From Candidatus Pyrohabitans jungbluthii (GTDB lineage Archaea > Hydrothermarchaeota > Hydrothermarchaeia > Hydrothermarchaeales > BMS3B): DNA of 64,000 bases. Both the position numbers and the translations under genes were made by a program. Below, one piece after another: positions 28,689 through 37,503 of the stretch (the first letter of the stretch is position 1; every line of letters starts with the position of its first letter). The DNA is taken from positions 64,001 to 128,000 of the forward strand of contig MTMD02000015.1 in the NCBI GenBank assembly GCA_002010065.2. Direction: 5' to 3'. The notes beneath the pieces are model-generated. The model was not told where the DNA came from, did no database searches, and worked only from the letters and a program-made list of their open reading frames with translations.

Positions 28689-29398
28689 TGCTTATAGGCT
28701 TAGACGTCGGCTCGAGGGCCGCGAAGGCGGCTTACTACTCCGGCGATGGGTATGAGTTCCGCATAGTTAGCTCGCAGAACTGGGAGGACCTTCTGAGGGA
28801 TAAGGAAGGCGTCGTCGTCTCCACGGGCTACTTCCGCAAGCGTGTGCCGCACGATTTCAACGTAACCGAGATAACCACCGCCATCTACGGCGTTAGGCGC
28901 TTCATAAAGCGGAAGGTGGATGTAATAATAGATATAGGGGGGCAGGACACCAAGGTGATAGACATTGCGAGGAACGACTTCAGGATGAACGATAAGTGCA
29001 GCGCGGGTACGGGCACTTTCCTGGAGTACATAGCCAGCTACTTCGCTTTGGACGTAGCGGAGTTAGCGAAACTGCACCGCTTAGCCAAGTGCGCAGCGCC
29101 GATAAACTCCACGTGCAGCGTGTTCGCCCAGAGCGAGATAGTCTCCCGCTTGGTGGAGGGATACACAAAGGAGGAGGTGATTAAAGGCGTGCACCACGCC
29201 TTTGCTAAGCGAATAGCTCAGATGGTGCCCAAACGCGCGAGGAGCGTCGCCGTTATAGGAGGCACCGCCAAGAATCGTGGCGTAGTGGAGGCGCTTGGCA
29301 AGGAGCTTGGGGTTAGAGTTTTCGTACCTGAGGAGCCGCAGGTGGTTAATGCAGTTGGCGCTGTTGAGTACTACTTAGCCAGGGAGGGGGAGCGCTGA
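28682..29398 (+). CDS. Acyl-CoA dehydratase activase (HgdC/BadF-type ASKHA ATPase)
   Basis: GLDVGS, STGY, IDIGGQDTK, MNDKCSAGTG, NSTCSVFAQSE. Confidence 0.9.
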   Translation: MVMLIGLDVGSRAAKAAYYSGDGYEFRIVSSQNWEDLLRDKEGVVVSTGYFRKRVPHDFNVTEITTAIYGVRRFIKRKVDVIIDIGGQDTKVIDIARNDFRMNDKCSAGTGTFLEYIASYFALDVAELAKLHRLAKCAAPINSTCSVFAQSEIVSRLVEGYTKEEVIKGVHHAFAKRIAQMVPKRARSVAVIGGTAKNRGVVEALGKELGVRVFVPEEPQVVNAVGAVEYYLAREGER

Positions 29399-29910
29399 GG
29401 ATTTACTTAATCCCCTTCGGCGGTGTCGCAGAGGAATTTGCGCAGAAGCTGTGTACTGGGATAAGCGCCCATTTGAATGTGAAGTGTACTGTTCTCCCAA
29501 AACAGGAGCTTCCTGTGGTGGGATACAACGCCTCGAGGGGGCAATACTCCGGGGAAGTATTTCTCAGAGAAGTGGCCAAGCTCAGAGTTGAGGCGGGGGC
29601 GAAGCATCTGGGGATATTTGATGTTGACATTTACGCCAAGGGGCTTAAATTTATCTTCGGAATAGCCCTGATAGGAGGTGATTTCGCTCTCATATCTCTG
29701 AAGAGGCTCAGCTTTCCTGAAGAGCTCCTATTTGAGCGTGCTTTAAAAGAGGCAATACACGAGCTTGGTCACACTCTGGGCATGACCCACTGCCCCCGAA
29801 AGGACTGCGTTATGTCCTTCTCAAACAGTCTTCAGGATGTGGATGCAAAAAATGCAGATTTCTGCGAAGAGCACAGTGCACAGCTTAGACTGATTCTTGG
29901 TGAGGGATAG
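29395..29910 (+). CDS. amzA: Archaemetzincin Zn metalloprotease (probable CTG start)
   Basis: KEAIHELGHTLGMTHC…CVMSFSNS…FC; the frame extends 26 codons upstream of 29473 to CTG 29395 (RIYLIPFGG). Confidence 0.88.
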   Translation: MRIYLIPFGGVAEEFAQKLCTGISAHLNVKCTVLPKQELPVVGYNASRGQYSGEVFLREVAKLRVEAGAKHLGIFDVDIYAKGLKFIFGIALIGGDFALISLKRLSFPEELLFERALKEAIHELGHTLGMTHCPRKDCVMSFSNSLQDVDAKNADFCEEHSAQLRLILGEG

Positions 29911-29911
29911 C

Positions 29912-30271
29912 CGAGTTTTGAGCCAATAGTCTAATTCTGACCTTAACCTTCTCCTGGCGGTGCCACCTCTCGCCCTTATTTCAATCCTACATTAGTCTAA
30001 TTCTGACTTCCAACATTCAGCACCCCCGTATCACTTCGCGCGCATTTCAATCCTACATTAGTCTAATTCTGACTCTGTGTAAAGTTGACTACAACGTCTG
30101 ACGCAACGTATTTCAATCCTACATTAGTCTAATTCTGACCATTTCGTTGTTCAACAGTTTTTTAAGCACATCATCATTTCAATCCTACATTAGTCTAATT
30201 CTGACCGAGATCAACGGCGAGTTCGAACTCGTGCCACTCTAATTTCAATCCTACATTAGTCTAATTCTGAC
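29912..30271 (-). CRISPR. CRISPR array: five identical 30-bp repeats plus one degenerate terminal repeat, five 36-bp spacers
   Basis: + strand repeat ATTTCAATCCTACATTAGTCTAATTCTGAC at 29978, 30044, 30110, 30176 and 30242; degenerate copy ending 29941. The reverse complement ends ATTGAAAT, and the leader lies on the right. Confidence 0.97.
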
Positions 30272-30470
30272 CCGGCAAACTTTTTCATATTTTATCTAGA
30301 TCGCATATAAAATTTGCTCATTTTTGAGGCTGCGAATCGTGGATCTACGGTCATGCATTCTCTTTAAAAATATCCACGACTTAATCTAAGAGAATATTCT
30401 TCACAGGAAAACAGCTGAGGAACGAGGCTTTGATATTGTTGGCAACGTTAAGGTAGGTTAAAGCACCTGA
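30272..30470 (-). promoter_or_regulatory. CRISPR leader
   Basis: AT-rich, non-coding, adjacent to the intact terminal repeat; contains inverted pair TCGTGGAT (30337-44) / ATCCACGA (30372-79). Confidence 0.7.
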
Positions 30471-30472
30471 CT

Positions 30473-30546
30473 GGGGCCGTAGGGTAGCCTGGTTATCCTC
30501 GTGGCTTTGGGAGCCATGGACTCCGGTTCGAATCCGGGCGGCCCCA
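30473..30546 (+). tRNA. tRNA-Pro (TGG)
   Basis: Acceptor GGGGCCG/CGGCCCC-A, anticodon arm GTGGC-TTTGGGA-GCCAT, T-loop GTTCGAATC; CCA not encoded. Confidence 0.95.
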
Positions 30547-30580
30547 TTTTGACTTACTATGTATGCTTTTTACTTGTATT

Positions 30581-31183
30581 CTATTCATTTTTAAGATTTT
30601 TAATTAGATCATAAATTATAATTGACCAAGCAAATAAAATAATCGTGAATATAACAAAATCGATCAGATCTATATTTTCAAAAATTAAAATCATCAAAAA
30701 AATACTGAATAATATTATATAAATCCCAAATAAATTATGAACTCTTAATATTTCGTATATTCTAAAAGGCCCACGATATACCTTCTTTTTTTCAGATATA
30801 ATTTCTTTTAAAGCGGGGTTGTCATTTTTACAATCTTTTTCATTGAATAGCCGAGCTATCCACATTTTAAATTCAGGTGTCTTCTCAATTTGTTCTATCC
30901 TAGCATTTATTATTTGATTCGTATATGTTAGGCGTCTATCTATTAAATAGGCAATAATGAGTGGAAGGACTGATATAAGTGCGATTGCGCTTAAAAATTC
31001 AGTATCTTTTAAATTTGGGGGATTTTTAAAAATATATGTTAAAAGTACTGCCGAGGTTGGAATGAAAATGGCCATCATTTGATAACTCATATTTGTATTT
31101 TTGATTTTTTCGGTGTGAAGTCTTTCATATTCAAATTTTAATTTTTCTATTTCAAATGAAAGTTTTTCATTTTTATCACTCAT
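30581..31183 (-). CDS. Very AT-rich multi-TM membrane hypothetical protein (likely horizontally acquired)
   Basis: EY..L motif followed by 2 TM helices, RIEQIEK, and 2 more TM helices; base composition clearly unlike flanking genes; GGAGG RBS before ATG 31183. Confidence 0.75.
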   Translation of the reverse strand: MSDKNEKLSFEIEKLKFEYERLHTEKIKNTNMSYQMMAIFIPTSAVLLTYIFKNPPNLKDTEFLSAIALISVLPLIIAYLIDRRLTYTNQIINARIEQIEKTPEFKMWIARLFNEKDCKNDNPALKEIISEKKKVYRGPFRIYEILRVHNLFGIYIILFSIFLMILIFENIDLIDFVIFTIILFAWSIIIYDLIKNLKNE

Positions 31184-31285
31184 TTCACACCTTCCCTCCT
31201 CCAATAGTTTTTTATCTCATTATTATTTAAGCTTTTACTCATCTGCGCTTATGTTGGATGGTTTAGAATTATGGAAGCTCATCCC

Positions 31286-31966
31286 TTACACCTCAACCCC
31301 AATATAACTCAGCAGAAACGTCGTCGAATTTATCACCATGTGGGCAGTTATCACAAGGGTGAGGGAGCGCGTTCTCAAATAGGCAAAAGCGAGAATGGCG
31401 CCCAGGACGAAGATGGGGAAGAAGGCTCTGGCATCCAAATGCACCACCGCGAAGTAAGCGCTGCTGAGAACAACACCCGCCTTTTCTCCAAACCTTTTAG
31501 CAAGGGCGCTGAGCATATAGCCCCTGAAGTACACCTCCTCGCTCAGAGGGGCAAGGATGGCGCCCACTAACAGCATGACCACCAATCCCTGCTCGCTTTT
31601 TGCTGCTTCCACGAGGGCACGCTGAAGCTGGCTCTCACCAATGTAATCGTGGAGAAAGTGATAGCTCACCCTTTCAATGAGGAACATCCCAAGCCCAAGG
31701 GCTGCGCCGTAGGCAACCGTCCTTCTTTCTGCCCCGAATCCAAAATCCCTCGCTCGCCACTTCTGCCTGCCTGCAATAAGGAACGTTAGTAGGAGCAGAG
31801 ACACTGAAAAAGTACCTTGGATGAGGATAAAAAGAGGTGAGGTGAGATAGTCGGTCAAACTCTGACTGGGCATGTAGGGCATGAGCAAGTAGCCGAGAAA
31901 GAAACTCAGAGAGTAGGCAATGATAAGGATAATAAATCCAAGCTTTATACTGAGCTTTTTGGTCAT
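31286..31966 (-). CDS. CPBP/Abi (CAAX protease-like) intramembrane metalloprotease
   Basis: APLSEEVYFRG, FAVVH, AHMVIN; start placed at ATG 31966. Confidence 0.9.
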   Translation of the reverse strand: MTKKLSIKLGFIILIIAYSLSFFLGYLLMPYMPSQSLTDYLTSPLFILIQGTFSVSLLLLTFLIAGRQKWRARDFGFGAERRTVAYGAALGLGMFLIERVSYHFLHDYIGESQLQRALVEAAKSEQGLVVMLLVGAILAPLSEEVYFRGYMLSALAKRFGEKAGVVLSSAYFAVVHLDARAFFPIFVLGAILAFAYLRTRSLTLVITAHMVINSTTFLLSYIGVEV

Positions 31967-32145
31967 GAGATACAATTCTGCTTTAGATGTATAAATAGCT
32001 AGAGTCAACAATGACGCTTTGTCGCTTAAATGGTTAATGTCTATCCTTGGTCTACTTCTCTTCACCAGTGGTACACGTGCCCCAGAGGAGCAAAAGAGCA
32101 TTAACTCACAAAAAGGATATAAAGGCCACCTTACCTTCTTAAATC

Positions 32146-32847
32146 ATGACCGGAAAGCTCTACGGCGTTGGCGTTGGACCTGGCGACCCTGAGCTCATGA
32201 CCATTAAAGCCAAGAATGTGCTGGAGCGGGTTAATGTCTTGTGCGCCCCGGACTCCGGCAGAGGAGGCAAGGCTCTGGAGATTGTGAAGAAAGCGGTTGA
32301 CCGCGAGTTTAAGGTTCTCAGACCGCATTTCCCCATGACGAAAAAACGCGAGGTTCTGGAAAAGGCGTGGCAAGAGGCGAGCGAAGCGATATATAAAGAA
32401 CTCCAGAAAGGCGAGGATGTAGCCTTTGTTACCATCGGCGACCCCACCTTTTACTCCACCTTTGCCTATGTCATGGAGAGGATTAAGGCAGCGCATCCAG
32501 AGGTGGAGATTGAGGTTGTGCCCGGCATTACCTCTATAACAGCGTGCGCCGCTAATCTGGGCGTTGCTCTCGTCTCGGGAAGTGAGCGCCTCGCCGTGGT
32601 ACCCGCGGCTTATGGTCTGGAAAATCTTGAGCTTCTCGCCCAGAACTTCGACACCCTGGTGCTCATGAAGGTCTCCCGGAGCTTTGACGCCATCGCGGAG
32701 AAGATATCGCGTGCAGGACTGAGCAGCAACGCTGTGTTCGTGGCGCAGTGCGGAAGCGAAGCCTTCTTCTCCAGCGACTTAGAATCGCTTAAGGGTAAAG
32801 AGGTGGACTACCTCTCCATGATACTGCTGAGGGGGCTCCGCAAGTGA
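32146..32847 (+). CDS. cbiL: Cobalt-precorrin-2 C20-methyltransferase
   Basis: GVGVGPGDPELMTIKA, FPM, GDPTFYSTF, VLMKV, YLS. Confidence 0.9.
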   Translation: MTGKLYGVGVGPGDPELMTIKAKNVLERVNVLCAPDSGRGGKALEIVKKAVDREFKVLRPHFPMTKKREVLEKAWQEASEAIYKELQKGEDVAFVTIGDPTFYSTFAYVMERIKAAHPEVEIEVVPGITSITACAANLGVALVSGSERLAVVPAAYGLENLELLAQNFDTLVLMKVSRSFDAIAEKISRAGLSSNAVFVAQCGSEAFFSSDLESLKGKEVDYLSMILLRGLRK

Positions 32848-33593
32848 AGGTGTACTTCGTAGGCGCAGGGCCGGGTGATCCAGAGCTGCTGACGCTTAAG
32901 GCGAGAAGGCTTCTAGAAGACGCCGACGTGGTGGTGTACGCAGGTTCGCTGGTTAATCCAGAGGTGCTCAAGTTTGCTGAGCATGCTGAGCTCTACAACA
33001 GCGCGAGCATGAGCCTGGAGGAGATAGTAGAGGTTATGGAGCGAGCAGCAAGGCAGGGGAAGCTCGTAGTCCGCCTCCACAGCGGTGATCCGAGCATCTA
33101 TGGCGCCATTGCAGAGCAGATTCGGGAGCTTCGGAAGCGAGGCGTGGAGTGCGAGGTTGTGCCGGGGGTTAGTTCCTTCCTTGCAGCGGCTGCAAGCCTG
33201 GGCGTGGAGTACACTGTGCCAGAGGTGAGCCAGACGGTCATCTTAACCCGCATTTCTGGACGAACCCCTGTGCCAGAGAAGGAAGACTTAGCAAAGCTGG
33301 CGAAACACCGCGCCAGCATGGCAATATTCCTGAGCGCTTCCCGCATAGAGGATGTGGTGGAAAAGCTCCTCCAAGGCTACGGGGAGGATACCCCAGCAGC
33401 GGTGGTGTACCGCGCCTCCTGGGAAGATGAGAAGGTGATTAGGGGTAAGCTGGGTGAGATTGCTGCCAGAGTGAGGGAAGAAGGCATAGACAGGACAGCG
33501 CTTATCCTGGTGGGAGACTTTCTGGAAGAGCACAGGCAAAGCTCTAAGCTCTACGATAGAGAGTTTGCCCATGGATACCGCCAGAAGCGTTAA
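32844..33593 (+). CDS. cbiF: Cobalt-precorrin-4 C11-methyltransferase
   Basis: YAGSLVN, RLHSGDPSIYGAIAEQ, TVPEVSQTVILTR, SKLYD..F.HGYR. Confidence 0.95.
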   Translation: MKVYFVGAGPGDPELLTLKARRLLEDADVVVYAGSLVNPEVLKFAEHAELYNSASMSLEEIVEVMERAARQGKLVVRLHSGDPSIYGAIAEQIRELRKRGVECEVVPGVSSFLAAAASLGVEYTVPEVSQTVILTRISGRTPVPEKEDLAKLAKHRASMAIFLSASRIEDVVEKLLQGYGEDTPAAVVYRASWEDEKVIRGKLGEIAARVREEGIDRTALILVGDFLEEHRQSSKLYDREFAHGYRQKR

Positions 33594-33665
33594 AATAAAT
33601 TTAAATTGTGCTTCGCGAAAATTATAAATATACTTAAGAAACAAGTAGATTTACAGGTGGTAGGT

Positions 33666-34853
33666 ATGCTTTCGAGGACCGCACTTTCTGTGGATGAAAA
33701 GTTGATGCCCTTATACAGTGATATTAAGGAGCTTGAGGGGATAAAGAAGCTTTACCAGTACAACGCCAGCGTTTGGGATCGCTGGGCAAAGCACATTAAG
33801 AAGGGGGGCAAGGTGGTAGGCACTCTTTCAAACTCGCCCATGGAGATTTTCCGGGCTGCGGATGTTTTCACTGTGATATACAAGCGCCGCGAGGACCTGA
33901 ACCGCAAGATTATAGAAGGCAAGTATGAGATGTATAAGTACATATACCACTTTGGCGTGGGCGAGTGCGTTTGCAGGTACATCGCCGGCGGTGCTGGTTC
34001 GCCGATTCTCGGCGCATGCCCGGGATACGACTGGGTTGTTACAGACTTCGCCCCCAAGGATCCTGAGTGGATAAAGCTGCTGAAAGACGTGGGAAGCGAA
34101 TGGGACTTCGATTTTATAGAGATTGAGGCAGGCTTACCGAGGAAGGAGCGGGAGGAGGCGATCTATCAGAAGCTCCTCTTCCTGAAGGAGAAGCTGGAGA
34201 GGCTCACAGGCAAAGAGATAACCGAGGAGAAGCTGCTGCGCAGCATTGAGCTTACCAATGAGGTTACGCGCATCTTTGCGAAGATAGACGAGCTGGTTAA
34301 GGCTGAGCCCCACCCGCTCAAGAGTTTTGACATCTACAATCTGAAGGTTATATGCACCGACTACATAGGCGGCATTACAGAGGAGCTTCTTGGCGTGATG
34401 TACCTCCTGGAGCGGGAGCTTCGCGAGCGCGTGGAGCGCGGCGAGGGGTATGAGGGCAAGAAGATTCTCCTTGCCGGAGGCTTCAGGAGTGAGTTCCTCT
34501 CGGCGATAGAGAACAACGGGGGCATAGTCACTGCCGCGTGGCCCTTCCAGAGGTTCACCGCCCACATGGAGGAGATAAAGGTAAAGGGTGACGCCCTGAC
34601 AACGCTTGCGAAGTGGTACGCCACGCACCCAGGCTTGGGCACCGCTGAAGAAGATGCGGAGCTTTTCAGGAAGCTGGTGGAACACTACGATGTTGACGCT
34701 GTTATATACCACCGCCAGGATCCATTCGGGCATGCGTGCACCTACAACAGCTACGAGGCGATTCGCGAAGCCGTAGATGTACCCTTCCTGACAATAGAGG
34801 CTTCTGAGAGCTATCCAGAGAAGCCCATAGCGGAGTTCCTCAGAAGCCTGTAG
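33666..34853 (+). CDS. 2-hydroxyacyl-CoA dehydratase-family Fe-S protein (divergent)
   Basis: PMEIFRAA, LERLTGKEITEEKLLRSIELTN, YDVDAVI…C…VPFLTIE; start placed at ATG 33666. Confidence 0.7.
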   Translation: MLSRTALSVDEKLMPLYSDIKELEGIKKLYQYNASVWDRWAKHIKKGGKVVGTLSNSPMEIFRAADVFTVIYKRREDLNRKIIEGKYEMYKYIYHFGVGECVCRYIAGGAGSPILGACPGYDWVVTDFAPKDPEWIKLLKDVGSEWDFDFIEIEAGLPRKEREEAIYQKLLFLKEKLERLTGKEITEEKLLRSIELTNEVTRIFAKIDELVKAEPHPLKSFDIYNLKVICTDYIGGITEELLGVMYLLERELRERVERGEGYEGKKILLAGGFRSEFLSAIENNGGIVTAAWPFQRFTAHMEEIKVKGDALTTLAKWYATHPGLGTAEEDAELFRKLVEHYDVDAVIYHRQDPFGHACTYNSYEAIREAVDVPFLTIEASESYPEKPIAEFLRSL

Positions 34854-34906
34854 TTTTGTTTTTTCTTTTTCTGTTTTTCAAGATAAAAATTAAAAAAGAA
34901 AAAAGG
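34854..34906. terminator. Bidirectional oligo-T terminator between convergent genes
   Basis: T-tracts on the + strand followed by A-tracts (T-tracts on the - strand). Confidence 0.65.
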
Positions 34907-36853
34907 TTAGGCTGGCAGTCCCAGCTTTCTGCGTTTTTCCAGTATTACCTCCTCTATCATGTCAGCGCTTTCCTTGGGGTCTGGGCTGTGGATAAACTTC
35001 GCGCCAATAAGCTGCTCCGCATCCTTTGTTAGGAGGTTGGTGACAACCTCGCTGCCTGTAATGCGCGGCAGTGGATTCACATGCGTTGTTACTCCAAGAG
35101 CTACTGCCCAGGTGCCGATGCTGAGCGCCTTTTCTGTGTTGTACTCCGGCGCACTTGCAGCTACAGGAAGGTCTTTTATCGCCACGCCAAGCTTCTCAGC
35201 CAGCGCCTTGAGAAGCTGGTTTATCCTCGAGTTATCAACGCAGGAGCCGAAGTGGAGCACTGGCGGGAGAGCCTCTAAGCCGGCGGCCTCACCCAGAGCC
35301 TTTAGCACGCGCTGCAGGCGTTCGCCCGCTAGCTTGTAGCCCTCTGGTTTCATAAGCCCTGCCTTTGCGTGTGCGTGAGCCGCGCAGCCGGTAGCGAGCA
35401 CGAGTATATCCCGCTTGACAAGCTCCTTCGCAAGTTCAACGTGCATAAGGTCGTGGGGCACGCGCGGGTTGTTGCAGCCAACTATAGCGACTGCGCCTTT
35501 AATGTCGCCATTTGCTATGCTTTCCACGAGCGGAGCAAGCGGATCCTCACTATTTATCTTGGAGAGTACCTCCAGCAGGGCTTCGACGCTGAAGCCAGCG
35601 AGAAGCTCTGTCTTAAACTTCGGGATGTGCACCTTACTCGGGTCTCGCTGCTTGTAGTTCTCTATTGCCCGCCTCACAATCTCTTTAGCTACTTCGTCGG
35701 CGCGCTTCTCATCAAACTCTATGTGCTCTGCTCCGGGAATCTTCACTATCGGTGCGGTGGTAATAATCTTGGTATGGAAGCACTGCGCTGCCGGCACGAG
35801 GGCAGGGAAGATGCACTGGTAGTCTACAACCATCGCATCTAGGGCGCCGGTGGCAATAACCAGCTCAGAGTTGAGCTCATTGCCCACCTGGGGTATGCCC
35901 TGTCTTTCCAGAATTTCATTTCCGGTGCAGCATATCCCAACGACGTTTATCCCCTTAGCTCCGGCTTTTTTAGCCTCCTCCTGCAGCGCCTCCGCAGCTT
36001 CAACTATCTTTTCGCTGAGTATTGGCACGTGCCCGTGGCAGGCTATGTTCACGTAGTCCGCTTCGAGCACGCCCATTCCTGCCTCGCTGAATTTGGGTTT
36101 AGGTGTGCCAAAGAGCACGTCCTGCAAATCTGTGCTCATATGCAGCCCGTAAAAGCCATCCGCCAAGCCAGCCTTGATGCACCCCAGGATAAGGTTAACC
36201 GGGTCTGCGTCATTGCCCATGCTGGTGCGGTGCATGCCCTCGAGTATTGGGAGCATTCCGCCTTCGGGCAGAACCCCAAGCTTAGACCACGTCTCAAGGC
36301 GCTCCTGCGTAGAGTGCATCTTTATCCATGTCCCGCCGTTCGCATGCGTAGCTCCTATCTCTTCAAGGGCGCGCATTGCTACCTGCTCCGCAAGCTTATT
36401 AACCTCCATGCTCTCCGCGTTGGGTATGCCCAGCATAGTGCCGAGGTTGCGGAGCTTCGCCTCGTCCTTAATCTGGTAGGGCGCCTCCCCTCTCGCTGCA
36501 TGGAGCAGGGTAAGCGCCACGTGCCGAGCATGGTCCACATGCGAGGCAGCGCCGCCCAGAATGTTCCTAAGCAACCCCCTCGCCACCATCACATCGCCGG
36601 TTGCGCCGCACACACCGCGGTCCGCCTTGGCGGTGATTCTGCATGGCCCCATGGCGCAGTTTCTGCAGCTCAAGCCAGAGAAACAGTAGGGGCACTTGGG
36701 CTCCTGCTTGACCACGCGGTCGAAGGCTGTCTCAACACCAGCTTTCCTAGCAATCTCAAACATCTCCAGATTTGCAGGATCTATTGTTTTTTCAGAGTCG
36801 CTTCTCGCCTCTATTTCCCTCTTCTCCTTAGTAACCAAGCTTTCTACTTTCAA
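34907..36853 (-). CDS. cooS: Anaerobic Ni,Fe carbon monoxide dehydrogenase catalytic subunit
   Basis: CRNCAMGPC…CG B-cluster; C-cluster ligands HGH, ICCT, DYQC, GCNN, TGC, GSCVD; EKA; GGAGGTGA RBS with TTG start. Confidence 0.96.
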   Translation of the reverse strand: MKVESLVTKEKREIEARSDSEKTIDPANLEMFEIARKAGVETAFDRVVKQEPKCPYCFSGLSCRNCAMGPCRITAKADRGVCGATGDVMVARGLLRNILGGAASHVDHARHVALTLLHAARGEAPYQIKDEAKLRNLGTMLGIPNAESMEVNKLAEQVAMRALEEIGATHANGGTWIKMHSTQERLETWSKLGVLPEGGMLPILEGMHRTSMGNDADPVNLILGCIKAGLADGFYGLHMSTDLQDVLFGTPKPKFSEAGMGVLEADYVNIACHGHVPILSEKIVEAAEALQEEAKKAGAKGINVVGICCTGNEILERQGIPQVGNELNSELVIATGALDAMVVDYQCIFPALVPAAQCFHTKIITTAPIVKIPGAEHIEFDEKRADEVAKEIVRRAIENYKQRDPSKVHIPKFKTELLAGFSVEALLEVLSKINSEDPLAPLVESIANGDIKGAVAIVGCNNPRVPHDLMHVELAKELVKRDILVLATGCAAHAHAKAGLMKPEGYKLAGERLQRVLKALGEAAGLEALPPVLHFGSCVDNSRINQLLKALAEKLGVAIKDLPVAASAPEYNTEKALSIGTWAVALGVTTHVNPLPRITGSEVVTNLLTKDAEQLIGAKFIHSPDPKESADMIEEVILEKRRKLGLPA

Positions 36854-37060
36854 TTCCCTTCACCTCCCTCTAGTTATATTCTACTGGAAACCATAAATAG
36901 TTTCCCCCCACGTTATGCCCGCCGTAGCCCTGTTTGAAGTCTTCAACACATTTTCTTTAGAATCATGCCAAGCTATTTAAACTAGGATTTTTAAATATAA
37001 AGATTGACTGCGGAATATACCTGCCCTAAAAAAGCATAGCATTTAGGGGGAGGATAAATT

Positions 37061-37471
37061 ATGGATAGAGATAAGATAGTTGAGTTTCTGAATCAGGATT
37101 TGAGCGGTGAAATTGAGGCAATTCTCGTTTACATGCGCAACGCTACCATTGCGCTGGGTGAAGCTTGCAAGGCAGGGCACGATATGGAAGGGATAGCCTT
37201 TGACGAGATGAGGCATGCGGAGTGGTTAGCTGACCTCATCGTGGAGCTGGGCGGCAAACCCGCGATGACCCACCGAGAGCTTGATTTCGGGGGCGATTCT
37301 GCGAGAGATTTCGTTCGACGCGTGGTGGAGCTTGAGAAAGAAGCGATTGCCATGTACAAGGAGCACATCGCTGCGATAGACGATGAGATGGTGAAGGAGA
37401 AGCTGCAGCACATCCTTCGCGAAGAAGAGTGGCACCTGGCGGAGTTTGAAGAGCTGTTGGAGGAACTGTAG
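37061..37471 (+). CDS. Ferritin-like diiron protein (bacterioferritin/rubrerythrin-like)
   Basis: E…Y, DEMRHA, LEKEAI..Y, EEEWH. Confidence 0.88.
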   Translation: MDRDKIVEFLNQDLSGEIEAILVYMRNATIALGEACKAGHDMEGIAFDEMRHAEWLADLIVELGGKPAMTHRELDFGGDSARDFVRRVVELEKEAIAMYKEHIAAIDDEMVKEKLQHILREEEWHLAEFEELLEEL

Positions 37472-37503
37472 GGGGACATACAACAGGTTTTATTGTTTAG
37501 GAG

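Noticed and set aside
29942-30241. Self-targeting or regulatory spacers
   Set aside because: I found no match to any spacer within this window by eye; the rest of the genome cannot be assessed.
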